This document shows, in pieces, positions 21,167 through 30,643 of a DNA stretch of 64,000 nucleotides; the stretch's first letter is position 1, and each line of letters opens with the position of its first letter. The DNA is from an uncultured Candidatus Sumerlaeota bacterium. GTDB taxonomy: Bacteria; Sumerlaeota; Sumerlaeia; UBA8349. The position numbers and the translations under genes are program-made. The stretch spans positions 4,194,973-4,258,972 of the forward strand of contig OW818685.1 in assembly GCA_942493245.1 (NCBI GenBank). The letters run 5' to 3'. The notes under the pieces are model-generated. The model was not told the DNA's origin and made no database searches. It saw only the letters and a list, made by a program, of their open reading frames with translations.

Positions 21167-22072
21167 ATGAATTCTGCTAGCGCGGGTTTGAGAAATCTCG
21201 TCGGACAGATTGCGCGAACCGTTTATTGTGCGCTTCCTTTTCGAGGGATCGAGCGTCCCGTCTTTATCATTGGGTGCGGTCGGTCCGGGACCACGATTCT
21301 GGGCGCAACCCTGGCGAAGCATCGGCTGGTCACCTACCTGAATGAACCGTGTCATCTGTGGTTTTCCGCCTATCCGCAGACGGACATCTGGACGCCGAAG
21401 GCTCAGTCCCGCGGGGGAAAACTGGCTCTCACGGCCGCGGACACAGAAGCGGGAAAAAGCCGGAAAATCGGTCGGCTTTTCCGCCTGGAAACTTGGATAA
21501 GCGGAAAGCCCGTTCTGATCGAAAAATTGCCGGTCAACAGCTTCCGTCTGAATTTCATCCAGGAGATTTTCCCCGAGGCGCGTTTCATCCATATCTACCG
21601 GAATGGTCTGGAAGTGGCCCGGTCCATCGAGGAAATCAGCAAGAAGGGCCGGTGGTTTGGGACGAATTCCTATAAATGGGACCGGCTGACTGAATACGCC
21701 TCGGGCCGGGAAGACACAAGGGATCTCCCTGCGCTCTGTTCTTCCTTCTATGAAAAAGGCTTACTCGAATGGCGGTTGAGCGCGGAGGCGGCCGTCGAGT
21801 TCTTGAACCGTCTTCCGGACGGCGCTTTTTTCGAACTGAACTACGACGAGCTGGTCGAAGAACCGCTCAAAACCCTCTCACAAGTCCTGGAATTCGTTGG
21901 CCTGGAGGATGACCCTGAAGTGAAACGTTTTGTCTCCGAGAACCTGGCTCGCAAAACAGGCAAGTTGGGGCGCTGCGAGGTTTCCGAAAAAGAGCGAATA
22001 CTGGGAGGGAAACTCCTGCCGCTGTCCATGAATGGGGTCGGGAGGTTGACAAGGCGCTGCGCCCTGTCTTGA
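21167..22072 (+). CDS. Sulfotransferase family protein
   Basis: 5'-PSB-like P-loop VFIIGCGRSGTTILG. About 300 aa. Sits in a cluster with a second sulfotransferase. Confidence 0.6.
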   Translation: MNSASAGLRNLVGQIARTVYCALPFRGIERPVFIIGCGRSGTTILGATLAKHRLVTYLNEPCHLWFSAYPQTDIWTPKAQSRGGKLALTAADTEAGKSRKIGRLFRLETWISGKPVLIEKLPVNSFRLNFIQEIFPEARFIHIYRNGLEVARSIEEISKKGRWFGTNSYKWDRLTEYASGREDTRDLPALCSSFYEKGLLEWRLSAEAAVEFLNRLPDGAFFELNYDELVEEPLKTLSQVLEFVGLEDDPEVKRFVSENLARKTGKLGRCEVSEKERILGGKLLPLSMNGVGRLTRRCALS

Positions 22073-22145
22073 TTTTGTGGCGCTTCATGCAGGTCTCCGA
22101 CCGGTTCCACAAGTTCACACCACGCAAGAAAAGCGAGAAACGGGT

Positions 22146-22997
22146 ATGCAGGACGATTTGACACGCATTTGCGACGCGCAACGGGAGTTGTACGCCCGGC
22201 GCTGGGACGAAACCTCGTGGGACGGGCAGCCGCTCTATCCCATCCAGTTGCCACTCGAGGAAATCCTGCGCGGTTCGCCCATTCCGCTGCACCGACCCTA
22301 CCCGGCCACCCATCTCAACGCGGTGGGTACGCCGCGTTGCGGCACCAAGTGGCTGCAGCGGATTCTGACCCTGTTGACGGTTCCGCAACGCGAGCCGTCT
22401 TTTCTGGAAAAGGTGTGCAAGCCGATTTTCGACCGTCGGCGGCGGATCGCCCACTTTCACGAAGGCATCCTCGAAGACTACAAACCGTCCCAGAAGATCG
22501 TGTTCATCTACCGCGACGTGCGCGACGCCGTGGTGTCGGGGTATGTGTATATCAAGACGGGCCAGCACCCGGGGATGATGAACTGCACCACCGAACTGCA
22601 CCAGGCCCGCAGTCAGGAAGAGGGGCTGCGCGCACAACTGGTGATGTATATGAAATACCGGATGCCGGTTCTGAACTACTGGTACCGGCTCGACGCGCCC
22701 AATGTGGTGAAAGTGCGCTATGAAGATCTGCTGCGGAATCTCGACGGCGAGATCCGGCGGATCAACCGGGAGGCGCAGCTGGGAGCCGACGAGGAAACTT
22801 TAAGCCGCACGATCGCCCAGTCGTCGTTCCGGAGCATGACCGGCGGGCGCACCCAGGGGCAGGAGGACCGCCAGTCGCACCAGCGCAAAGGGGTTCAGGG
22901 CGACTGGCGTAACTGGTTCAACGACGACCTCCGGCAGACCTTCCGCCAGATGGGCGGCGAGGCCTTCCTGCGCGATCTTGGATACGAGGTTGAATGA
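22146..22997 (+). CDS. Sulfotransferase family protein
   Basis: TPRCGTKWL (PKSGTTW-like 5'-PSB motif) and RKGVQGDWRNWF (the RKG..GDW.N.F 3'-PB motif). ORF from 22077. MQDDL at 22146 is the likely start. Confidence 0.75.
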   Translation: MQDDLTRICDAQRELYARRWDETSWDGQPLYPIQLPLEEILRGSPIPLHRPYPATHLNAVGTPRCGTKWLQRILTLLTVPQREPSFLEKVCKPIFDRRRRIAHFHEGILEDYKPSQKIVFIYRDVRDAVVSGYVYIKTGQHPGMMNCTTELHQARSQEEGLRAQLVMYMKYRMPVLNYWYRLDAPNVVKVRYEDLLRNLDGEIRRINREAQLGADEETLSRTIAQSSFRSMTGGRTQGQEDRQSHQRKGVQGDWRNWFNDDLRQTFRQMGGEAFLRDLGYEVE

Positions 22998-23920
22998 GCA
23001 TGAACTTCTGGCAAAAAGTTAAAAACGCGATCCCGCAGACGGCGCCGGTGCGCCTGGTGGACCGGCTGTTCGAACGCTATCCCCTTTACATGCGCTACCG
23101 CCACCGGGGACTGAAGTTTGAAACCACCTCGATTGTGCTGATCACGCTCGATTCTCTGCGCTACGATACCGCCCAGTTGGCCCGCACCCCCAACTTCGAC
23201 CGCCTGTTCGCCGAATATGGGTCGCAGGGGTGGGTGCTCACCGGGGCGCATGGGACCTACACCCTGCCCGCCCACGTTTCGATGCTCCACGCCGGGATTA
23301 TGGCGTGCGACAACCGGCCCGAGGTGCCCGCGCCGTTCAATCGCGACAAGGGGCGGATTTTCAAGGCCCAGCTGGCCTGGGAACGCACGACCGGCGCCAT
23401 GTTTCCCACGCCTGCCGCCCCCAACATCGTCAAGGGGTTCGAAGCGCTGAATTACCGCACTATCGGCGTGGGCGGGGTGCATTGGTTCGACACCCGATTT
23501 GTCACGTCGCGGTTCTGGAAGGACGATTATTTTCAGGAATTCTACTGGAACGATACGTTCTGCGAGAAAGATCCCCGTTCGTTCGAAAACCAGATCGCCG
23601 CCATCCGCACTCTCGGTCTGCGCACCTGCGGCAAACCGATTTTTCTGTTTCTCAATGTGTCTAGCACCCACACCCCCTACATGGGTTTCGAGCCGACGGT
23701 GGCGGGTCAGGCGAAGGCGCTCGAATACGTGGATTCGCACTTGCCCGAGTTGCTCGAACTGCTGCCCGACCGGTGCGATCTGATGATTCTGGCCGACCAC
23801 GGCGAATGCTTCGGCGAAGAGGGCCTCTGGGGTCACAGTTTCTACCACCCCCGGGTGATGGAAGTGCCGTTTGCCTACATCAAGGGGTTCAAAGATCCCG
23901 ACCGCACGAAGCAGGCGTGA
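22994..23920 (+). CDS. Alkaline-phosphatase-superfamily protein (sulfatase / phosphotransferase-like)
   Basis: ATGA overlap. ...TSIVLITLDSLRYD... and ...LMILADHGE... resemble the metal-binding regions of the sulfatase family. Confidence 0.45.
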   Translation: MSMNFWQKVKNAIPQTAPVRLVDRLFERYPLYMRYRHRGLKFETTSIVLITLDSLRYDTAQLARTPNFDRLFAEYGSQGWVLTGAHGTYTLPAHVSMLHAGIMACDNRPEVPAPFNRDKGRIFKAQLAWERTTGAMFPTPAAPNIVKGFEALNYRTIGVGGVHWFDTRFVTSRFWKDDYFQEFYWNDTFCEKDPRSFENQIAAIRTLGLRTCGKPIFLFLNVSSTHTPYMGFEPTVAGQAKALEYVDSHLPELLELLPDRCDLMILADHGECFGEEGLWGHSFYHPRVMEVPFAYIKGFKDPDRTKQA

Positions 23921-23930
23921 GGAGGCTTCG

Positions 23931-25046
23931 ATGCTCGATTCGTCCAGCGCCGGGAGTTCGATGAATCCCTCGCCTTCCCCTGCCGTTTCGGTGTTGCTGC
24001 CGGTTTACAACGCCGCATCGTACGTCGGCCTGTCCATCGAGAGCATTCTGACGCAGACCTTGGGTGACTTTGAATTGATCCTGATGGACGACGGCTCGAC
24101 CGACGATTCGTTCTCGGCGCTCGAGGACTGGGCGCGGCGCGACGCGCGGATCGTGCTGGTCCGCAACGAGCGCAACCTCGGGTTGATCCGGACCCTGAAC
24201 CGGGGGTTGGGGCTGGCCCGGGGCGAATTCATCGCCCGTCAGGACGCCGACGATTGTTCCGAACCGCAGCGCCTGGAACGCCAGGTGGCTTTTCTGCGGG
24301 CGCATGCGGAGGTCGGCCTGCTGGGCGCCGCGTACCACGCGGTGGATGCGCGGGGGCGTCGCCTCTATACCTTCTGTCCCCCACAGTCCGATACCGCCAT
24401 CCGCTGGATGGCGCTCTTTCAGAACCCCTTCTGCCACACCTCGGTTCTGTTTCGCCGGGCGTTGGCCGCCGGACGCGAGGCGTCGTTCTACGACGAGCGG
24501 GCGCTCCATGCCGAAGATTACGAACTCTGGGTCCGGCTGCTCGAACAGACCCGCGGGGCCAACCTGGCCGAGCCGCTGGTGCGCTGGCGCAAGCACAGCG
24601 AGAGCGTCAGTGTCCTCCACGAAGCGACACAGACCACCTTCGCCACCGAGCTGGCCCGCCGCCAGATGCTGGCGTTGCTGCCCGGTTTGGCGATTTCGCC
24701 CGAGGAGACGGCTCGCTTGCGCGCCTGGCACAACAGTCTGCCTCTGACGATGACCCGCGCCGATCTGGCGCTGTGCGCCCGTTATTTCGACCTGCTCGAC
24801 GCGCTGGCCGCCCGCCCGGACAGCGATCCCGCCGAAATCGCCCGGATTCGCACCGAACCGCCGATCCGGATTCTGCGGTTCCTGAGCGCCCGCACGAGCG
24901 CCCACCGGTTTTGGGCTTGCAGTTTGCTCCCCGCATGGGCATGTTATCGTTTTTGCCGTTCGCTGGGGCGCCAACCGTGGCTGGCGCTGGCTGCGGCAAA
25001 ACAATTTTTGGAAAGCCGATTGGCCCAGACTGGCGCCGGAACATGA
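23931..25046 (+). CDS. Glycosyltransferase family 2
   Basis: RBS ggagg. VSVLLPVYNAASYVGLSIESILTQTLGDFELILMDDGSTDDS is a GT2 Rossmann region with the DxD. Start MLDSS at 23931 lies inside ORF 23871..25046. Confidence 0.8.
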   Translation: MLDSSSAGSSMNPSPSPAVSVLLPVYNAASYVGLSIESILTQTLGDFELILMDDGSTDDSFSALEDWARRDARIVLVRNERNLGLIRTLNRGLGLARGEFIARQDADDCSEPQRLERQVAFLRAHAEVGLLGAAYHAVDARGRRLYTFCPPQSDTAIRWMALFQNPFCHTSVLFRRALAAGREASFYDERALHAEDYELWVRLLEQTRGANLAEPLVRWRKHSESVSVLHEATQTTFATELARRQMLALLPGLAISPEETARLRAWHNSLPLTMTRADLALCARYFDLLDALAARPDSDPAEIARIRTEPPIRILRFLSARTSAHRFWACSLLPAWACYRFCRSLGRQPWLALAAAKQFLESRLAQTGAGT

Positions 25047-26098
25047 TCCACTCCCCCTCCCTTCCCCCCCTGGACTCTGACCCGGCGATCAGCGTGGTGA
25101 TCTGCACCTTCAACCGCGCCCCCCTGCTCGAGGACGCCGTCGTGTCGCTCTACGAGCAGACGTGCGATCCAGCGCTCTTCGAGGTGCTGGTGGTGGACAA
25201 CAATTCCACCGACGACACGGCCGAGCGGTGCGAACGGCTGATGAGCCGATACCCGAGCCTGCGGACGGTCAAGGAAACCCGCACCGGCTTGTCGCACGCC
25301 CGCAACCGGGGACTCGAGGAAGCGCGCGGACGCTACATCGGCTACCTCGACGACGACGCCAAGGTGCCGCCCCACTGGATCGAGCAGGCCGAGAAGATCA
25401 TTCGGGAACTCGCGCCGCTGGCCTTTGGCGGGCCTTATGTGCCCTATTACAACTCGCCCAAACCGTTCTGGTACAAGGACGCGTACGGCTCGCGCGAGCC
25501 GGCGGAATCCTCCCGCTGGCTGAAAGAAAACGAAAGCCTCACGGGCAACAATATGTTCTTTCGCCGCGACGTACTCGAGGAACTGGGCGGTTTCGACCCC
25601 CGGCTCGGCATGACCGGCTACCAGGTCGAGTACGGCGAAGAGACCGCGGTGCAGCGCTGCATTTTCTACCGCTGGCCCGACCGGGCCGACCGGGCCATTT
25701 ACAACGACCAGGAACTGTTCATCTACCACCTGGCGCCGGCGCGCAAGCTGAGCCTGCGCTGGCGCATCGTCGAGCAATACCAGGTGGGACGCTCATATCC
25801 CCGGATGCAGGCGTCGGTGGGCCAGTTTCTGCCCCAGACGCCCGAGGTGGATGCCGCTCCAGCCGCCCCCGCCGGGTCTCTTCTGAGCCGTGTGCTCGTT
25901 CCGACATTCCGGCTCCTCCGGCTCCACGCGGGCAATTTCGTCAAGGGCTTTCTCATCCGCGACCGCGAGCGGTATCCCTACTGGCAAAACTATTTCTACG
26001 AGAGCGGCTCGATCGTCTTTTTCTTCATGGGGTGCGTCCACGAATATCTGAGTCTGTTCGCGCAGAAACTGCGCCGCCGCCCCCAGACCGATGCCTGA
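25043..26098 (+). CDS. Glycosyltransferase family 2
   Basis: ATGA overlap. ISVVICTFNRAPLLEDAVVSLYEQTCDPALFEVLVVDNNSTDDT. Confidence 0.8.
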   Translation: MIHSPSLPPLDSDPAISVVICTFNRAPLLEDAVVSLYEQTCDPALFEVLVVDNNSTDDTAERCERLMSRYPSLRTVKETRTGLSHARNRGLEEARGRYIGYLDDDAKVPPHWIEQAEKIIRELAPLAFGGPYVPYYNSPKPFWYKDAYGSREPAESSRWLKENESLTGNNMFFRRDVLEELGGFDPRLGMTGYQVEYGEETAVQRCIFYRWPDRADRAIYNDQELFIYHLAPARKLSLRWRIVEQYQVGRSYPRMQASVGQFLPQTPEVDAAPAAPAGSLLSRVLVPTFRLLRLHAGNFVKGFLIRDRERYPYWQNYFYESGSIVFFFMGCVHEYLSLFAQKLRRRPQTDA

Positions 26099-26122
26099 GA
26101 CCCCGGAGGTTCCGTTTCGTTC

Positions 26123-27130
26123 ATGACAACCATTTCCATTATCGTCCCCGCCTACAACGCCCGGAAGGGAATCGCCAAGTGCCTCGACGCTCTGCTCCGG
26201 CAGACGGGCCTCGAACATGCGCCCGAAATTATTGTGGTGGATGACGGCTCGACCGACGAGACGCCCGATATTGTCGGGCGCTATCCGGGTGTCCGCCTCA
26301 TCCGCCAGAAAAACGCCGGGGCCGGACCCGCCCGTAACACCGGCATCCAGGCCTCGACCGGCGATTTTCTGCTCTTCACCGATTCGGACTGCGAACCCGA
26401 TCCCACCTGGGCCGCCGAAATCCTCAAGGGGTTCACCTCCGACGACATCGCGATGGTGATGGGTTCGACCCGGACCGACCTGGGGGAGAACAACATCTAC
26501 GCCCGCACGTTCCAGGGGCGCGACTACATCGCCGTGCGCCCGGGGCCGACCAATCGTTTCAATTCCAACAACCTGGCGCTGCGCCGCTGGGCCGCGCTGG
26601 CCTTCCTTTTCGATCCGGCCCTGCCCATCTACTGCGAGGACAACGACCAGGGGTGGCGCCTGCTCGCCGCCGGCTACCAGACCATCTTTTACCCGTCGGC
26701 CCAGATCGCCCACCACCACCCCTACACGACTCGGTCGTTCTACCGAAACGCCTACCTCGAGGGGCGCGCCTCCGCCCGGCTGCACTACAAGCACGGCCTC
26801 TGGATTCCGCGCGACAAGGCCGCGTTCCTCGCCGCGCTCGGCGCGTTGTTGCTCGCTCCGGTCTGGTCCGGGTTTCTCTGGCTCGCCCTGTTATTCTTCC
26901 TGCTGTTTCTGGCCTCGCTGCTCTTCAACGAACTCTATTTCAAGCACAAACCGCTCGGGCTGGCCCTGACGATCTATCCCGTTCAGTTCTCCTGGTATCT
27001 GGTGCGGATCTACGGGTACCTTCTGATGATGGGGCGCATCCTGCTCGGACTGGAACCGGCCATCCGCGCCTCGAAACGAGCCTGGTACGCCGAGCGCCAA
27101 CGCCTCCACGAGGCGAAACGCGGCGCTTGA
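26123..27130 (+). CDS. Glycosyltransferase family 2 with a C-terminal membrane anchor
   Basis: ISIIVPAYNARKGIAKCLDALLRQT...IIVVDDGSTDET... plus C-terminal TM helices. Confidence 0.8.
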   Translation: MTTISIIVPAYNARKGIAKCLDALLRQTGLEHAPEIIVVDDGSTDETPDIVGRYPGVRLIRQKNAGAGPARNTGIQASTGDFLLFTDSDCEPDPTWAAEILKGFTSDDIAMVMGSTRTDLGENNIYARTFQGRDYIAVRPGPTNRFNSNNLALRRWAALAFLFDPALPIYCEDNDQGWRLLAAGYQTIFYPSAQIAHHHPYTTRSFYRNAYLEGRASARLHYKHGLWIPRDKAAFLAALGALLLAPVWSGFLWLALLFFLLFLASLLFNELYFKHKPLGLALTIYPVQFSWYLVRIYGYLLMMGRILLGLEPAIRASKRAWYAERQRLHEAKRGA

Positions 27131-27404
27131 AACAGACCCGACGCCTCCGACGGGCCTATCCGCGTGCCTGCCCCCCGCTTGACAGAATCCCCAGGCCTGT
27201 GCGAATCTATCCCCGTCAGGGTACACCGCCGGGCGCCCGAAAGCCTTCCCCTTCGAGGGGAATCGTGTTTCCACCCGCCGGGCCAGCAGCCCTGAAGGGG
27301 GGGATGAATAAGATGCTGTCCCTATATTTCCAGGCGCATTTCCTCTTCACACGATTTTCCCGCGGAACGGTAAACTCTTCCCCTCCCTATCGAAAGGAAA
27401 ACCC

Positions 27405-27714
27405 ATGTTCATCATCCATGTCTTCGTCCATGTGAAACCCGACTGCGTGGAGACCTTCCGCGCCGCCACACTCGACAATGCGCGCAACAGTGTGCTGGAA
27501 CCGGGAATAGCCCGGTTCGATGTGGTCCAGCAACTCGACGATCCCACGCGGTTCTGTCTGGTCGAGGTGTACCGCACGCCCGAGGACCAGCTGCGCCACC
27601 GCGAGACGGCGCATTACGCCACCTGGCGCGACACGGTGGCCGAGCTTGATGGCGGAACCGCGAACCGCCGTAAAATACTCCGATGTTTTTCCGGACGACA
27701 AAGGATGGGACTGA
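27405..27714 (+). pseudogene. Antibiotic-biosynthesis-monooxygenase (ABM) domain protein. An apparent +1 frameshift fuses it in frame to the downstream ADH.
   Basis: Frame 0 gives [28 protein letters not shown]...[11 protein letters not shown]. The conserved ABM C-terminus ...[22 protein letters not shown] is readable only in the +1 frame (27640-27714). Confidence 0.55.
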
Positions 27715-28874
27715 CCGTGCGTTTCGAATTTGCCACCGCTGCCCGGATCCTCTTCGGACCGGGAACCGCCGCTGAAATTCCCGCCGAAGCGGCCTCACTC
27801 GGGAAAAAACCGCTCGTGGTCGCGGGCGCGAATGGCGCCCGACGCTATGCCTCTTTGATTGAGGCGCTCGGGCGCGCCGGACTGGAGCCTGCCGTCTTTT
27901 GCGTACCGGGAGAACCGGACACCGAGTTGATCGAGCAGGGCGCCACCGAGGCGCGCCGCGCGGGATGCGATCTGGTGGTCGCCATTGGCGGGGGCAGCGT
28001 GCTCGACGCGGGCAAGGCCATCGCCGCGCTTCTGATCAATCCCGGCGAACTGATGGATTACCTCGAGGTGGTGGGCCGCGCCCGTTCGCTCGAACGCCCC
28101 GCCGCGCCCTGCGTGACTGTCCCCACAACAGCCGGTACCGGCGCGGAGGTCACGCGCAACGCCGTCCTCACGTCGAAGGCCCACCGAGTCAAGGTCAGCA
28201 TGCGCAGCCCGTCCATGCTGCCGAGACTGGCCGTGGTGGACCCGGAACTGACCCTGTCGCTTCCCGCCGACGTGACGGCCGAGACGGGTCTGGACGCCCT
28301 GACGCAGCTGATCGAAGCGTTCACGTGTAACGCGCCCAACCCGATGACCGATGGCTTTTGCCGCGAGGGCATCGAGCGGGCCGCAAAGTGGCTGCGCCGC
28401 GCCTGCGAAGCGGGCGACGACCTGGCCGCGCGCGAGAACATGGCCGTGGCAAGCCTCCTGAGCGGTCTCGCGCTGGCCAACGCCCGGCTGGGTGCGGTGC
28501 ATGGCTTCGCCGGGCCAATCGGCGGCCTGTTTCCCGCGCCGCACGGCGCAGTCTGCGCCCGCCTGCTTCCCGGTGTGATGGAGACCAACTGCCGGGCGCT
28601 GGAAACGCGCGCGCCGGATTCGCCTGCGCGTATGCGTTATACCGAACTGGCGCGTCTCCTCACCGGCCATCCCGACGCCACAGCGGCGGATGGAGTCGCC
28701 TGGGTGCGCGCCCTCTGTGCCGACCTCGGCGTGCGTCCCCTCGGCGCATTCGGAGTCCGTTCCGAAGACATTCCCGCCATCGTGGCCCAGGCGGGCAAAG
28801 CCAGCAGTATGAAGGGCAACCCAATCGCGCTGAGTGAAGAGGAATTGACGGCGGCGCTGACGAGGGCGCTGTGA
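27705..28874 (+). CDS. Iron-containing (group III) alcohol dehydrogenase
   Basis: ...[17 protein letters not shown]... and ...[12 protein letters not shown]...[11 protein letters not shown]... are Fe-ADH signatures. ATG 27705 sits inside the fused ORF 27405..28874. Confidence 0.8.
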   Translation: MGLTVRFEFATAARILFGPGTAAEIPAEAASLGKKPLVVAGANGARRYASLIEALGRAGLEPAVFCVPGEPDTELIEQGATEARRAGCDLVVAIGGGSVLDAGKAIAALLINPGELMDYLEVVGRARSLERPAAPCVTVPTTAGTGAEVTRNAVLTSKAHRVKVSMRSPSMLPRLAVVDPELTLSLPADVTAETGLDALTQLIEAFTCNAPNPMTDGFCREGIERAAKWLRRACEAGDDLAARENMAVASLLSGLALANARLGAVHGFAGPIGGLFPAPHGAVCARLLPGVMETNCRALETRAPDSPARMRYTELARLLTGHPDATAADGVAWVRALCADLGVRPLGAFGVRSEDIPAIVAQAGKASSMKGNPIALSEEELTAALTRAL

Positions 28875-28958
28875 TGTCGGGAAGAGGTTTTTGAAAGAAT
28901 TTGCGGGTAGATTTTGGATGCGTCTTTCGCGTTGGGGCCAAAACACAATCCCGCTTTT

Positions 28959-29084
28959 CGTCATTCCCGCGAAAGCGGGAACCCAGATTATAGACAATCT
29001 GTTTTGATTCCTCCGGGCCATGAACGACTTCCTTGCCTCGGGTTCGTACCTCCTCTGTATCCCCGCTTTCGCGGGGATGACGGG
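28959..29084. repeat. Pair of REP-like hairpins in inverted orientation: TTCCCGC-GAAA-GCGGGAA (about 28959-28986) and TCCCCGC-TTTC-GCGGGGA (about 29059-29084)
   Basis: Perfect 7-bp stems with a GAAA tetraloop. A third copy lies near 56431-56458. They account for spurious antisense peptides such as VIPAKAGIQ / PAFAGMT. Confidence 0.6.
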
Positions 29085-29372
29085 GGAAAGGCTTCTATTT
29101 TCCTCGAACAAAAATGACAAACTGGACAATGAGGAGTTCCTGGTTGGGGCAACAAGTATCCCCAACCGGCCCCAACCGGCCCTTGACCCGGCTCCCGTTT
29201 TTTACTATGATACAGGTATTGCATAATGTGTGGCGATGCGCCTCGGGCGATTCCTTGCGGGATACGGAGGGCATTCTCTTTCGGGTTCGAGTACCGGTTC
29301 CTTCACAACCGTCTGGGTGGTCTCGAACCCGGAAGAAAAAAGCCACAGAGGTCGGGGAAAGGAGACAGGACC

Positions 29373-29822
29373 ATGCCAGTGGAAAAACTTCGCGCATATC
29401 TCGACGGAAATGCGGTCAAGTATGTGTCCATTTCGCATTCGCGGGCCTATACCGCCGCCGAAGTGGCCGCTTCGGCGCACATCCCGGGGAAGAAACTCGC
29501 CAAAGTGGTCATGGTCAAACTGGACGGGAAGATGGCCATGTATGTGACCACGGCGAATGCACGGCTCGATCTCGATCTGTTGAAAGAGACTTGCGGCGCC
29601 AAGGCCGCGGAACTGGCCGACGAGGCGGAATTCATCAAACTTTTCCCCGATTGCGAAATCGGCGCCATGCCCCCCTTCGGCAATATTTACGGCATGGATG
29701 CCTATGTGGATAAGGGGTTGACCGACGACGAGGAAATCGCCTTCAACGCCGGGAGCCACACCGAACTCTTCCGATTGGCCTACCAGGACTTCGAGCGACT
29801 CGTCTGCCCGACGGTGGTGTGA
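29373..29822 (+). CDS. YbaK/ProX-like aminoacyl-tRNA deacylase domain protein
   Basis: ...KLAKVVMVKLDGKMAMYVTTANARLDLDLLKE...EIGAMPPFGNIYGMDAYVD... The start lies inside ORF 29226..29822. Confidence 0.7.
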   Translation: MPVEKLRAYLDGNAVKYVSISHSRAYTAAEVAASAHIPGKKLAKVVMVKLDGKMAMYVTTANARLDLDLLKETCGAKAAELADEAEFIKLFPDCEIGAMPPFGNIYGMDAYVDKGLTDDEEIAFNAGSHTELFRLAYQDFERLVCPTVV

Positions 29823-29865
29823 AAGAAACGAACCGGTAGAAAGCGGGAAAGGAATTTCACACGAA

Positions 29866-30200
29866 GTCCTGGCGCAGCAAAGCCGTAACCGATTTTAACG
29901 CAAAGTCGCAAAGGCGCAGAGACGCAAAGATTCATCGGTTTTCAGGTTGCTTCGTCCACACATTCCGTCCCTGTTTTTGGTTCGGATTTTGAGATCGCGC
30001 AGTTCTCCCCATCCGGACACCTCTGCGTCTTGGCGTCTTTGCGTTATGGGGTTTTACACGTTCCATTCTTTCTGTTCATGAAACGAAATCATTGCGGTTT
30101 GCGTAGATTCTGCGAGATGGTAGTGCGAAGCCACAAAAGAACCGTTTCATTCTCCGTTCCTTTGTGGCTTTGTGCCTTCGTGTGAAATCGGTTTTCGTTC
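29866..30200. repeat. MITE-like dispersed element (family R2, copy 1). It has a conserved about 60-bp arm CCTGGCGCAGCAAAGCCGTAACCGATTTTAACGCAAAGTCGCAAAGGCGCAGAGACGCAAAG and a partly degraded inverted partner.
   Basis: The arm is about 90% identical to the reverse complement of the right arm of copy 2 (35335-35575). The internal inverted partner ctctgcgtcttggcgtctttgcg lies near 30010. Confidence 0.6.
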
Positions 30201-30240
30201 TGTTATCGGCCCAACCGTTTGCTTCAGAATGGGGGAGGGA

Positions 30241-30639
30241 TTATTCCGTCCCTCTTTCAAGTTTCTGGCGCCACTGGAAGTCGCGCGAGGTGACGATTGA
30301 TTCCATGCGGCACACCCGCCGGTCGAGCGCCTCGTAGGTGCGGCGCAGGCGGTCAATCGCCAGGGGGCGCGAAGACATGTACGAGTCGTAGAACTCGCGG
30401 TCGGCTCCGCTCGCGAACGGTTCGACGGGTTCGGGTTTCATCACGAGCGCGGCCACGACGTAGAGAACGATTGCGATCGGAAACGTCACCGTGAAAAAAA
30501 CCACGAGCACCACAATCACCCGAAACCAGAAGACCGAGATGTCGAGGTACTCCGCCACACCGCGGCACACCCCCGCAATCATACCGTGACGCGAGCGGTA
30601 AAGTCCGCGGCCTGCGCCTGTATTGCAATTGGTTGCCAT
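30241..30639 (-). CDS. pspC: Phage shock protein C (PspC domain protein)
   Basis: GLYRSRHGMIAGVCRGVAEYLDISVFWFRVIVVLVVFF (PspC domain plus TM). The C-terminal ...LDRRVCRMESIVTSRDF resembles the E. coli PspC C-terminus. Confidence 0.75.
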   Translation of the reverse strand: MATNCNTGAGRGLYRSRHGMIAGVCRGVAEYLDISVFWFRVIVVLVVFFTVTFPIAIVLYVVAALVMKPEPVEPFASGADREFYDSYMSSRPLAIDRLRRTYEALDRRVCRMESIVTSRDFQWRQKLERGTE

Positions 30640-30643
30640 AATT

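Noticed and set aside
27795-29165. 456-aa minus-strand ORF
   Set aside because: It is antisense to the Fe-ADH gene and runs through the REP-like hairpins. Its VIPAKAGIQ / PAFAGMT segments are just translations of those hairpins. Arg/Gly-rich composition is typical of wrong-strand ORFs in GC-rich DNA.
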